Of a stretch of DNA of 64,000 nucleotides, positions 1 through 8,917 are shown piece by piece (the stretch's first letter is position 1; each line of letters starts with the position of its first letter). Position numbers and translations under genes: made by a program. Location of the stretch: positions 1,088,001 to 1,152,000 of the forward strand of contig CAWFOU010000007.1 of assembly GCA_963817525.1 (NCBI GenBank), in the 5' to 3' direction. This DNA comes from an uncultured archaeon. Its GTDB lineage: Archaea; Thermoproteota; Nitrososphaeria; Nitrososphaerales; Gagatemarchaeaceae. The notes beneath the pieces are model-generated. The model searched no databases. It was given only the letters and a program-made list of their open reading frames with translations, and had not been told where the DNA came from.

Positions 1-1635
1 CAATTGACGCCGTAGCGCCTGACCTTCTCCAGGTCCAGTCCGCGCTTCCTGCACATCGTCTCGATGATGTGTAGCAGCCCCCAACCGCCGAGGTTGAGGG
101 TGAAGGGCATCGCGGCGCGGCGGAGGGGGTTGCCATGGCTGTCCCTCAGCGAGTCCCTCCTGATCATCTTCGAGAGGTGCCGGTAGCAGGCGTAGTAGAC
201 CGCGAGCTGGGACTCGTCCAGCATCTCCGGGGTGAAGGCCCGGCTCTTGATCCGCCCGAGCGGCACGTTCTGCATCGGCGTGACGGTGAACTCCGATGGC
301 ATCGTCCCCACTTGCATGTCGCTGAGCCTGTTCACCATGGCCACGGTCTCCCAGTTGTCCTCGGGCATCTCCGCCATCTGCCCCACCTGGACCGTGAAAG
401 CGGGGCGCCAGTAGGCACGGTTCATCGCCCTCACCCCTGCCGCGACTATCTCCTGCCAGGAGCCGTCCGGGCCTATCTTGAGCGGCAGCGTCTTGTTCGG
501 CATGTGGATCTGCGCCAGCCTCTCGCTGCCCGTCTCGAGGCCGACCTGGACGCCTATCCACTTGTCCGGGCCCGCCCCGACCACCGAAGATATCATCTTG
601 ACGAGGTCGGGATACCCGGCCGGGACGGAGATCCTCCCGTAGGTCGGGTTCGCGTAGGCTATCCCCTTGACCGACATCACGGCGCGGAAGAGGTCTCCTA
701 TCGCCTCGGGGTTCGGGGTGTAGTGGGGGCCGTGATGATAGGCGAAGATCTCGTCGGTGTGGAGCCAGGCGCTCTTCCTCCCCGCCCTGGCGTTGACCTC
801 CACCTCCTTCTGGACCATCTCGGGCGTGTAGTACCTGATCGGCCTGAGGGTGACCTCGCAAAAGTCGCAGCCGATGCCGCAGCCGCGCATGATCTCGCTC
901 AGGGCCTTCACCGTGGGCCCCCTGATGAGAGGGATGTCCTCCAGGGTCGGGAACTGCTTGCCCGAGTGCGTCCGGGTCACGAAGCGGTCGTGCCTCACCC
1001 AGCTCTTCCGGAATGTGGAGTCGAAGGACTGGAAGCCCTGGAAATAGCCCTTCTCGTATATCGTCTCGTTGGCGATGTCTTCGAGGACCTCGTTGATTAT
1101 GTCGTCGGCCTCGCCCTGGAATGCCAGGTCGATGCCGAGCTCGTCCATCACCTCCGGCATCACCGTGAGCTCCCAGACGCCCGGCCCTCCCACCACGACC
1201 TTGGCCTTCTTCCCTCGCCGAGCCCTGTCGAGCCTCCTCATCAGCCTCTCGAACTCCACCCTGGCCCACGCCTTCGACTGGTCCCCGAATAGCACGGAGA
1301 AGGACATCGACAGAGGCCCTAGGCTCAACGGGTCCATGGTGTAGACGCCGACTATCTCTGTGTCGTCCTTGATGAAGGAGCTCGCGAAGTCCTCGTGGGC
1401 GATGACGACGTCCTCTTTCGGGTGGCGCGCCAGGAGCGCGGACTCTAGCTTCCTGAGGGCGTAGGGCGCGAGGACCGCCCTCCCGTTGTCGTCGGGCGTC
1501 CGGCCTCCCTTCAGGAACCTGTAAAGGAACTCGGGCACTATCCCGCTCGGAGCGCACGGCAGAAAGTCGAGCAGGGGGGAAGTTGTTGTACTCGCGCGAG
1601 AGGCTTGGGTCTGAGACGAAGACGTACTTTGCCAT
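1..1635 (-). CDS. Archaeal radical SAM protein (B12-binding/radical SAM-like); runs off the window edge; +1 frameshift at G6 run 1574-1579
   Basis: Manual translation of the minus strand gives EIMRGCGIGCDFCEVT (CxxxCxxC). The N-terminus MAKYVFVSDPSLSREYNNF joins PLLDFLPCAPS... only if one base is removed from the G6 run. SD-like GAGGAGG lies upstream of ATG 1635. Confidence 0.85.
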   Translation of the reverse strand, partial: MAKYVFVSDPSLSREYNNFPPARLSAVRSERDSARVPLQVPEGRPDARRQREGGPRALRPQEARVRAPGAPPERGRRHRPRGLRELLHQGRHRDSRRLHHGPVEPRASVDVLLRAIRGPVEGVGQGGVREADEEARQGSAREEGQGRGGRAGRLGAHGDAGGDGRARHRPGIPGRGRRHNQRGPRRHRQRDDIREGLFPGLPVLRLHIPEELGEARPLRDPDALGQAVPDPGGHPSHQGAHGEGPERDHARLRHRLRLLRGHPQADQVLHARDGPEGGGGQRQGGEEERLAPHRRDLRLSSRPPLHPEPRGDRRPLPRRDVGQGDSLREPDLREDLRPGRVSRPRQDDIFGGRGGPGQVDRRPGRPRDGQREAGADPHAEQDAAAQDRPGRLLAGDSRGRGEGDEPCLLAPRFHGPGGADGGDARGQLGDRGHGEQAQRHASGDDAIGVHRHADAERAARADQEPGLHPGDAGRVPARGLLRLLPAPLEDDQEGLAEGQPWQPPPPRRDALHPQPRRLGAATHHRDDVQEARTGPGEGQALRRQL

Positions 1636-1695
1636 CTAACGCCCCTCCTCACACCGCTTCCGAGCTGTGAGGGGGGTCTCCATGCCATGTGCGCC

Positions 1696-2154
1696 TTACG
1701 GTTCGTCCCTGGTCAGGGACATCTCCCGCTGGAGCTTCTGGAGGAGATGACGAAGGGAGTCCTGCTCGTCGGGCGTCAGAGCCTCGAGGGCCTTCTGCAT
1801 GAACCTGTGATACTTCAAGGCGACCGCCTCCTGGGCAGCCCTCCCTTCGTCGGTGAGCTCTATGATGGTGGCCCTCCTGTCTCCGCGGCGCGACGACTTG
1901 CGTATCAGACCCTTGTGCTGCAGCCTCTCCACTATTCCAGTGAGGTTCGCGGGGGTGACGAGCATCTCGTCGCTTATCTGCCTCATCCTCGACGCGCCCT
2001 TCTTCGCGATCACCCTGAGCGCGATGAACTGAGGCTGGGTCAGGTGTTCCTTTGCGAGAAGCCCCGCGATTGCGCGCGTCATGGTCTTGTAGGTAGCAGT
2101 CACCGTGTTGTAGGTCTCGGTGTGACGCTCGTCAAGCACCATCCCGTTGGCCAC
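1696..2154 (-). CDS. MarR-family transcriptional regulator
   Basis: LTQPQFIALRVI...VTPANLTGIVERLQHKGLI...DRRATIIELTDEG; divergent from the DLH/MFS genes; start uncertain (2142/2154/2175). Confidence 0.9.
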   Translation of the reverse strand: MANGMVLDERHTETYNTVTATYKTMTRAIAGLLAKEHLTQPQFIALRVIAKKGASRMRQISDEMLVTPANLTGIVERLQHKGLIRKSSRRGDRRATIIELTDEGRAAQEAVALKYHRFMQKALEALTPDEQDSLRHLLQKLQREMSLTRDEP

Positions 2155-2184
2155 GGGGCTGAAGGTAACCGCCAAATTATAAAT

Positions 2185-2200
2185 AGTTAATGCCTTTACT
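2185..2200. promoter_or_regulatory. Imperfect palindrome AGTTAA-N4-TTTACT next to the TATA box, possible MarR operator
   Basis: Inverted repeat with one mismatch in the short AT-rich gap between marR and the DLH gene, beside TTATAAATA (2177-2185). Confidence 0.35.
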
Positions 2201-2215
2201 GACTTTGCTTCAAGC

Positions 2216-3043
2216 TTGAATTCCAGCAACATCACGTCCGAGATGACGAGCTTCAGCGGGGCGCGCGGCCCTGTCCAGGCGTACCTCACCAGGCCGAAGG
2301 GAGCTGAGCCTAGGCCGGCCGTCCTCGTGATCCACGAGATAATGGGGCTGACCGACCATACCAAGGCGGTCGCCGACAGGTTCTCGCGGGAGGGCTACGT
2401 GACCCTCGCCCCCAACCTCTTCTCGTCCGACCCCGAGCTCTCCTCGCTCTTCACCCCCCAGAACGTGGGGCTCGGGCTGGGCTTCATGCAGAAGATCCCG
2501 CCGGAGAAGAGGGGCGACCAGGCCTTCGTGCAGCAGCTGCTGGCAAAGGAACCGCCTGCGACCAGGGACGTCGTGCAGAGAGTGATGGGAAAGATGTTCG
2601 GGGGGATGCCGAAGGAGGCGCTCACGCAAGAGGGCGTTAAGGCCGTGGAGTTCCTGGACTCACAGGAGTTCGTCAGGAGGGGCTCCGTCGGCGTGGTGGG
2701 CTTCTGCTTCGGCGGCGGAATGTCGATAAACATAGCCTGCCACACCAAGACGGCCGCCTGCGTGGTCTTCTACGGCGAGAACCCGTCCCCCATAGAGCTG
2801 GTCGAGAAGATACAGGGCCCTGTGCTAGGCATCTACGGGGCGGAGGACTCGCGGATAAGCGCGACCCTCGATCAGCTCGTAGCCGCGATGGTGCACTACA
2901 AGAAGGACTTCCAGATGAGGATCTATCCCGGGGCGGGGCACGCCTTCTTCAACGAGTCGAACAAGATGACCTACAGGGAGGAAGCTGCCAAGGACGCGTG
3001 GGACCAAACGGCCAGGTTCTTCTCCCAGTCGCTTCGGGGCTGA
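2216..3043 (+). CDS. Dienelactone hydrolase family protein
   Basis: PAVLVIHEIMGL, GFCFGG nucleophile motif, YPGAGHAFFN. Confidence 0.93.
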   Translation: MNSSNITSEMTSFSGARGPVQAYLTRPKGAEPRPAVLVIHEIMGLTDHTKAVADRFSREGYVTLAPNLFSSDPELSSLFTPQNVGLGLGFMQKIPPEKRGDQAFVQQLLAKEPPATRDVVQRVMGKMFGGMPKEALTQEGVKAVEFLDSQEFVRRGSVGVVGFCFGGGMSINIACHTKTAACVVFYGENPSPIELVEKIQGPVLGIYGAEDSRISATLDQLVAAMVHYKKDFQMRIYPGAGHAFFNESNKMTYREEAAKDAWDQTARFFSQSLRG

Positions 3044-3092
3044 CGTCCTGAAGGGACCGGGCGGTCTGGGCGGAGAAGAGGTGCAAGCCTGA

Positions 3093-4835
3093 ACGGTCGA
3101 GTACAAGTGGGTGGCGCTCTCCAACACTACCATCGGGACGCTGATGGCGGCAATCGACGGCACGATCGTCCTGATCTCACTCCCCGCCATCTTCCGGGGC
3201 ATAGACATCAACCCACTCGCTTCGTTCCAGTATCTGCTCTGGGTCCTCTTCGGATACAGCGTGGTGACCTCGACCCTACTAGTTTCCTTCGGACGGATAT
3301 CGGACATGTACGGGCGAGTCAGGCTCTTCAACATGGGCTTCGCCATCTTCACCATCGGCTCGCTGATGTGCGCGGCCACGCCCAACACGGGCGACCTCGG
3401 AGCGACGGAGCTCATCGTGTTCAGGATAATCCAGGGCGTCGGAGGAGCCTTCCTGCTCTCCAACAGCGCCGCGATCTTGACAGACGCGTTCCCAGCAAAC
3501 GAGAGAGGCAAGGCCCTCGGGATAAACATGACCGCGGCCATCGCGGGCTCGCTCGTCGGCCTCGTGCTGGGAGGGATACTCGCCCTCTTCGACTGGCGCT
3601 ACATCTTCCTCGTCAGCGTGCCTGTAGGCGCGGTGGGTACGGTCTGGTCCTATCTGAAGCTGAAGGAGGCTGGCACCATGGCGAAGAATCATCGCCTCGA
3701 CCTCTGGGGGAACGTGACCTTCGCCCTGGGGCTCATCCTGGCGCTCGTCGGGGTGACGTACGCCCTGATCCCGTCTGGAAGCTCTTCGATGGGATGGGGC
3801 GATCCGTGGGTCATAGCCTCGCTCGCCTCTGGGCTCGCGCTCCTCGTGGCCTTCCCCTTCATAGAGAGCAGGGTGGCAAACCCGATGTTTCGCCTCGAGC
3901 TCTTCAGGAACAGGATGTTCAGCGCCGCCAACATGGCGGGGCTGCTCTCCTCGGTGGGCAGGGGCGGTGTGCAGATAATGCTCATCATACTCCTGCAGGG
4001 GATATGGCTCCCCCTCCACGGGATCAGCTACAAAGACACGCCCTTCTGGGCGGGGGTGTACATGATCCCGATGATCCTCGGGTTCACGATAATGGGTCCC
4101 CTGACCGGCTACCTCTCCGACAAATACGGAGCCAGGATCTTTGCTACGCTGGCAATGGTGATCACTGCCGCGACCTTTCTCGCCCTTTCACTCCTGCCGT
4201 ACAACTTCAGCTATCTCCCGTTCGGGATAACAATCTTCGTCATGGGGCTCGGGGGAGGGATGTTCGCGGCCCCCAACACGGCCTCCATAATGAACTCGGT
4301 CCCACCCGAACACAGGGGCGCGGCGTCGGGCATGCGGGCGACGCTCCAGAACACCGGACAGACCGTGAGCCTGGCAATCTTCTTCACGGTGATAATCACT
4401 GGGCTCTCCAGCAGCCTGCCGAAGGCGCTCTCGAGCGCCATGACGAGCGCCGGCGTCCCGCAGCTCGCGGGAGCGTTCACCTCCATATCGCCGACCAGCG
4501 CCCTCTTCTCAGCCTTCTTGGGATACAACCCCATGCAGTCGATCCTATCCCTCCCGCAGCTATCCACAGTGGTCAGCCAGATACCATCGTCGACGTTGGC
4601 GTACTTGGAGGGGCAGACCTTCTTCCCCAATGCGATTGCTCCTGCGTTCATCTCCGCCCTGGACCTTGCGTTCTACATCGGGGCGGCGCTTTCCTTGGCC
4701 GCGGCCGTCGCGTCGCTCCTGAGAGGCAAGGTGTACATCTACGGCCAAGGGGAGCAGGCAAAGCCGATCCCTGCTCCGGCCGTGCCGACCAAGGCGAGCG
4801 GTCGCGAAGAGGCCGTGGCGGATTCGACCGGCTGA
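3093..4835 (+). CDS. MFS transporter (DHA2/EmrB-like); likely ACG start at 3093, first canonical start GTG 3111
   Basis: GRISDMYGR motif A and many TM helices; (T)[13 protein letters not shown]-terminus with SD GAGGTG 9 nt upstream of the ACG. Confidence 0.92.
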   Translation, partial: TVEYKWVALSNTTIGTLMAAIDGTIVLISLPAIFRGIDINPLASFQYLLWVLFGYSVVTSTLLVSFGRISDMYGRVRLFNMGFAIFTIGSLMCAATPNTGDLGATELIVFRIIQGVGGAFLLSNSAAILTDAFPANERGKALGINMTAAIAGSLVGLVLGGILALFDWRYIFLVSVPVGAVGTVWSYLKLKEAGTMAKNHRLDLWGNVTFALGLILALVGVTYALIPSGSSSMGWGDPWVIASLASGLALLVAFPFIESRVANPMFRLELFRNRMFSAANMAGLLSSVGRGGVQIMLIILLQGIWLPLHGISYKDTPFWAGVYMIPMILGFTIMGPLTGYLSDKYGARIFATLAMVITAATFLALSLLPYNFSYLPFGITIFVMGLGGGMFAAPNTASIMNSVPPEHRGAASGMRATLQNTGQTVSLAIFFTVIITGLSSSLPKALSSAMTSAGVPQLAGAFTSISPTSALFSAFLGYNPMQSILSLPQLSTVVSQIPSSTLAYLEGQTFFPNAIAPAFISALDLAFYIGAALSLAAAVASLLRGKVYIYGQGEQAKPIPAPAVPTKASGREEAVADSTG

Positions 4836-4869
4836 GGGTGCGGAACGTCCCCGCATGGACGCCAGACTC

Positions 4870-5643
4870 CTATTTTGTCAGCGAGGACGCGAGCCGGTCG
4901 AGCGCGACGGAGATTCCATTCCCCCGCGCCCGGAGCAGGCTGACCAATCCCTCGGAGCTCACCGTCGGCTCCAGTGGGAGCTCGACCAACACCCTCGACC
5001 TTAGGCTGCGCTCAATGGATTCTCGGTCAGGCTTGCCGAAAGGATAGAGCACCCTCCCCTTGCTCGCCTTGAGATACGCCATGTTCAACACTATGCCTTC
5101 CACGGGCACCCGCTCGATCTCCGCGAGGCGCCGAAGCCTCGACACGACGGTCGTAGCTCCCTTCGAGGGCGTCGTGACCAGGATCAACGTTGATTTGCCT
5201 TGGAAGAGCGCGAACGCGGAGAGGAGCTCGTCGCCGGTGCTCGGGGGGAGGTCGACGACGAGGAAGTCAAGCTTCCCCCAGTTCGTCGACGCGAAGAGCT
5301 GGGTAATCAGGCTCTGTTTCTTGTCCCCCCTGAGCGGTATCGGTTTCTCGCCGGTGAACAAGGCTAGGGACATGACCTTCAGTCCCGCGACCTTCTTGGG
5401 CTCGAGCCCCCTGGCGGTGCTGCTGACCGGGGGCCTCACCCCCAGATAGCCTGGGACGCTGGCCCCGTGGATGTCGATGTCGAGCACGCCTGTCCTGTAG
5501 CCCTTCCGCTCTAGCGAGAGGGCCAGCCCGCAAGACACGAAGCTCTTGCCGACCCCGCCCTTTCCGCTCCCGACGAGGATGACCCGGCCAACGGCCTCCA
5601 TCTTCTTCCTCGAAGCTGCCCCCTCGAAATCTATCCAAGCCAA
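4870..5643 (-). CDS. Mrp/MinD-family P-loop ATPase, probable Mrp-type HypB partner of HypA
   Basis: SGKGGVGKS deviant Walker A, DIDIHGAS, DFLVVDLPPSTGDE; lacks the C-terminal CxxC of ApbC/Nbp35; directly downstream of hypA; TTG start inferred. Confidence 0.85.
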   Translation of the reverse strand: MAWIDFEGAASRKKMEAVGRVILVGSGKGGVGKSFVSCGLALSLERKGYRTGVLDIDIHGASVPGYLGVRPPVSSTARGLEPKKVAGLKVMSLALFTGEKPIPLRGDKKQSLITQLFASTNWGKLDFLVVDLPPSTGDELLSAFALFQGKSTLILVTTPSKGATTVVSRLRRLAEIERVPVEGIVLNMAYLKASKGRVLYPFGKPDRESIERSLRSRVLVELPLEPTVSSEGLVSLLRARGNGISVALDRLASSLTK

Positions 5644-5663
5644 CGGCTCTCTCCGCCTCCCCT

Positions 5664-6101
5664 TCAATCTAACACGACCCTCGCGATCCGGATGTCCTCG
5701 CCCCTTGTGGCTGTCGAGTCGGAGCTCCCGCAGCCGGGGCATCTGACGAAGCTGGGATACAGATACGGGAGAAAGTGCATCGGGAGCTCGACGCTGTCGG
5801 GCTCGCGGATCCTCAGGTCGTCGGGCACTGTGAGCAGCTGTTTCCTTGTCTCGTCCATCCCCCATTCCTTTCCGCACCTTCTGCACGTGAACGAGGCCTC
5901 TGTGACGCGGACTACCACCCTCGCGTCTTCCAGCCTCGGTCCCCTCATCAGGAGCCGCAGCGCGGCCTCAAGGGCCTTCACGTCCAGCTGCATGAGCTCC
6001 CCGACCTCGATCTCGACCGAGGCCACCTTCTCTGCGTTTGCCTTGTCTGCCTCAGCGAGGAGGGAGTCGACGATGCTCTGCGCGATTCCGAGTTCGTGCA
6101 A
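5664..6101 (-). CDS. hypA: Nickel metallochaperone HypA (long-insert, Thermococcales-like)
   Basis: N-terminal MHE Ni-binding motif; two CxxC (CRRC, CPGC) separated by a long insert. Confidence 0.93.
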   Translation of the reverse strand: MHELGIAQSIVDSLLAEADKANAEKVASVEIEVGELMQLDVKALEAALRLLMRGPRLEDARVVVRVTEASFTCRRCGKEWGMDETRKQLLTVPDDLRIREPDSVELPMHFLPYLYPSFVRCPGCGSSDSTATRGEDIRIARVVLD

Positions 6102-6168
6102 TTGCGGGCCGCCGTTTCCAAACCGGGCGGTCTACTAAACGAATTGGTCTTGGGCGCCAGGCTGGTCG

Positions 6169-7404
6169 CTAGAGCGCGGCCTTGACGGGCGGCCCGACTG
6201 GAGGTCTGTCGACCTGGTGCGGCTCGGCCGTCTCGCCGAAGTAGGCGTCCATCAGCCAGCTCCAGCCTCCTTGGATCGTGGACCAGTATATCTTCGCGAA
6301 CTCCCTCTTCATTTCGTAGCGCATGAAGGTCGGCTTTTCGGGCCCGGGCGCGGCATCGTAGGTCCCTGAGACGAAGAGCGCCCTCCGTCGTCCCGTTTCC
6401 ATCGGGCAGTTGATCCTCCCGTTGTATTCGAAGACCTCTCCGCCCCCGTTCAGGTCAGACGCGAGGTTCTTGGCGATTGTCTCCGCCTGCAGGTGCGCCA
6501 CCACGCCTGACTTTGAGATTGCTATGCTCGTGGCGTCGCCGAGCGCGTAGGCGTCCGTGCAGTCCTTCACTCTCATGGTGCGCTTGTCGGCAGGTATCCA
6601 TCCCTCCTCGTCCCCGATTCCCGAGGCCAGGACCACGTCAGCTCCTCTATGCGGGGGCACCGCGATGAGCAGGTCGTAGTCCTGGCTCTCCCCTTCGAGG
6701 TCGTAGATCTTCTTCGCGGACGGGTCGACGTGATCGGCTGCGAAGAACGGGACTACCTCGATGCCCCTCCTCTCGAACATCGGCTGTATCACCTCGGAGA
6801 TGTGCTCGGCCGGATACGCCCGGGGGTAGGGAGTGACGAACTTGATCCCCACCGATTTCCTGTTTCCGCGCTTCCGGAAGAACTCGTCTATCATGAACGC
6901 GGCCTCGTTCGGGGACGGAGGGCACTTGTGGGGGACGCTCGTGATGGCCACCACCACCTTCCCCCTCTTGAAACGCTGGAGGGCCTCCCATATCTTTGAC
7001 GCCTCGACGCCTCCGGTGTGAAAGTTCAACGAGCCCTCGAGCAGGCCGGGCATGAGCTCGGGCCTGGCGACGGCCCCCGTGGCGAAGACGACGTAGTCGT
7101 ACGACATCGCCGTCCCTCGTCGAGTCCTAAGGACCTTCTCTTTCATGTCGACGCTGGCCGCTCCGTCGCTGACGTATTCCACGCCCTTCTTCAGGAGTGT
7201 CGTTTCGCGGCGGACGGCCACCTTGGGGTCCGCCCCTTTGAACGCGATGTCGAGGTTGGCGGGCTGGAACGCGTGCTCGTCCCCTTCACCCACGAGCTGG
7301 ACGCCGACCTTGCCGCTGCGTATCTGTGCGTGGAGGTCACGGGCGAGGAGATTGGCGAGTAAGGTGCCCCCTGACCCCGCACCGACGATTACGACCCTCT
7401 TCAA
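6169..7404 (-). CDS. sqr: Sulfide:quinone oxidoreductase / FCSD-family flavoprotein
   Basis: GAGSGG FAD motif, HKCPPSPNE, GDAT...SKSG, second Cys in INCPMETG; follows tusA/dsrE. Confidence 0.85.
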   Translation of the reverse strand: MKRVVIVGAGSGGTLLANLLARDLHAQIRSGKVGVQLVGEGDEHAFQPANLDIAFKGADPKVAVRRETTLLKKGVEYVSDGAASVDMKEKVLRTRRGTAMSYDYVVFATGAVARPELMPGLLEGSLNFHTGGVEASKIWEALQRFKRGKVVVAITSVPHKCPPSPNEAAFMIDEFFRKRGNRKSVGIKFVTPYPRAYPAEHISEVIQPMFERRGIEVVPFFAADHVDPSAKKIYDLEGESQDYDLLIAVPPHRGADVVLASGIGDEEGWIPADKRTMRVKDCTDAYALGDATSIAISKSGVVAHLQAETIAKNLASDLNGGGEVFEYNGRINCPMETGRRRALFVSGTYDAAPGPEKPTFMRYEMKREFAKIYWSTIQGGWSWLMDAYFGETAEPHQVDRPPVGPPVKAAL

Positions 7405-7408
7405 GGAG

Positions 7409-7657
7409 CTACGCCCTCTTCTTTGTGACCCGGACGTCTATCCGTGTGTAGCCGTTCTCGTCGGCGATTTCTAGCACCTGATTCCCCGTGTGAGCCGCCC
7501 ACGCCTGTATGTCGCTCTTCGCGGCGGGGTCGGTCGCCCAGACCTCCAGGACCGACCCAAGTTCGGCAGTCCTGTACGCCCTGAAGAGGTCGGTGAGCGG
7601 CCCGGGGCAGAAGCTGCCCCTCGAGTCGATGACCTTCTTCTGGCCGGCTGCTTCCAT
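7409..7657 (-). CDS. tusA: Sulfurtransferase TusA family
   Basis: IDSRGSFCPGP (CPxP), LEVWATDPAAKSDI. Confidence 0.92.
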   Translation of the reverse strand: MEAAGQKKVIDSRGSFCPGPLTDLFRAYRTAELGSVLEVWATDPAAKSDIQAWAAHTGNQVLEIADENGYTRIDVRVTKKRA

Positions 7658-7669
7658 CCCTGCCGCCCC

Positions 7670-8131
7670 TCAGATGAAGATCGTCTGACCGCCTTCAGCG
7701 AGGTGAAGGAAGGTCGAGGCGCCCACGATGTCGTCGACCTCTGGGATGAAGTCCTCCTTCTTGAGCCCCATCATCTCCATCGTGGTAGAGCACGCGTGGA
7801 AGTGCACCCCCATGTCGTGCGCGTTGGCGACCATCTCTGGTATCGTCGGGATCTTCAGCTGTTTTATGGCAGCCCTTACCATCGGAGTGGTCATGCCTGG
7901 ACTCGCATCCGGGCCGACCTCGAGATTGGCCTCTTGGTTCCTGTTGATCACGGCCATCCCCCAAAATGTGAAGAAGACGTGAACCTGCATTCCCATGGCT
8001 GCCCCTGCGCTTGCGAGCATGAATGCAGGATAGGCCATGTCGAGCGATCCCTTCGAGAGTATTATCGAGAGCTTGTGGACCTGCTGAGTTTCAGGCTCCG
8101 ACCTTAATGCGGTCATTTCTGCCAACTTCAA
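7670..8131 (-). CDS. dsrE: DsrE2 (DsrE/DsrF/DrsH-like) sulfur carrier
   Basis: KGSLDMAYPAFMLA, FFTFWG, HACSTTMEMMG, VGASTFL. Confidence 0.9.
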   Translation of the reverse strand: MKLAEMTALRSEPETQQVHKLSIILSKGSLDMAYPAFMLASAGAAMGMQVHVFFTFWGMAVINRNQEANLEVGPDASPGMTTPMVRAAIKQLKIPTIPEMVANAHDMGVHFHACSTTMEMMGLKKEDFIPEVDDIVGASTFLHLAEGGQTIFI

Positions 8132-8179
8132 ACACCTGTGTGGTGGAGAGGCGTCCCGATATATAATTCCTGGACACGA

Positions 8180-8195
8180 TTCTCGGCCGAGAGAA
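8180..8195. promoter_or_regulatory. TTCTCA-N4-TGAGAA-type site (TTCTCG-GCCG-AGAGAA) upstream of the dsrE-tusA-sqr-hypA operon
   Basis: 13 nt from minus-strand TATA TTATATAT (8166-8159); motif shared with five other promoters. Confidence 0.6.
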
Positions 8196-8216
8196 CGGCC
8201 TCGGGAGGCAGGCGCC

Positions 8217-8567
8217 CTAGCCGCTTCCGTTCGCGCGGTCCACGATCGCGTTGGAGATCTGCTCTGCGGTCTTCCCCACGGTCGGGATTCCCAAGCGCTG
8301 AGCGGTCTCGATGAGCGCCGCGTTGGTCTCGGCCGCGGACGCCGCGGGAGCCGGAGCTGTCCCGACGGCGGGAGACGTGACCGATGCGAAGGTGCTCGCC
8401 AGGCTGCCCAGTCCGACTGGCTTCTGCGCCGCCCCGGCGGCGAACTCGTTCTTAGCCTGCCCCAGCGCCCGGGCGAGCTCCGGGATCTTCCTGGGCCCCC
8501 ACATTATGAACACCACAACCAGCGCCCCGACTATCAGGAGCTGCAACGGGTCGTCGAACAATGACAT
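8217..8567 (-). CDS. tatA: Twin-arginine translocase subunit TatA/E
   Basis: N-terminal TM followed by WGPRKIPELARALGQAKNEF. Confidence 0.9.
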   Translation of the reverse strand: MSLFDDPLQLLIVGALVVVFIMWGPRKIPELARALGQAKNEFAAGAAQKPVGLGSLASTFASVTSPAVGTAPAPAASAAETNAALIETAQRLGIPTVGKTAEQISNAIVDRANGSG

Positions 8568-8616
8568 GTCTTGTCGAGCCTTTGGTCTCGGGGAGCTTTA
8601 AAAAATCCGTGGGCGA

Positions 8617-8632
8617 TTCCCAACACTGAGAA
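8617..8632. promoter_or_regulatory. TTCCCA-ACAC-TGAGAA site in the divergent tatA/hypC promoter
   Basis: 13 nt from TTATTA (8646, + strand) and about 13 nt from TTTTAAA (minus strand, 8603). Confidence 0.65.
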
Positions 8633-8677
8633 TACCACCCAACGGTTATTAGAGCGGGGGCGCCCGCTGGCCTCGCC

Positions 8678-8917
8678 GTGTGTGTGACCAGGGTGGCGCA
8701 GGTCATCTCTGTCCAGGGAGACAAGGCGAACGTGAAGTTTGTCGAGAGCGAGGCGACGCGGGTCGTGGACGTGTCGATGGTCGAGACGAGGAAGGGCGGC
8801 TACGTCGAGGTCTTCGCCGACCAGGCCCTCTCGAGCCTGACCAAGGCGGAGGCGGAATGGAGGAAGAAAGTCTGGCTCGACCTGAGGGCCAAGCTGGAAG
8901 AAGCGACCGTCGATTGA
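8678..8917 (+). CDS. hypC: HypC/HupF-like small protein (degenerate)
   Basis: N-terminal MC, OB-fold-like pattern, C-terminal helix (KAEAE); Phe replaces the conserved His of GDYVLVH (GGYVEVF). Confidence 0.65.
   Translation: MCVTRVAQVISVQGDKANVKFVESEATRVVDVSMVETRKGGYVEVFADQALSSLTKAEAEWRKKVWLDLRAKLEEATVD

Noticed and set aside
135-1292. Long track ORFs such as 135..1292, 3107..5047, 20017..22095, 26221..27882 and 41996..43870 (N-part)
   Set aside because: Antisense or off-frame shadows of clear genes, expected at high GC; Arg/Pro/Gly-rich with no motifs.
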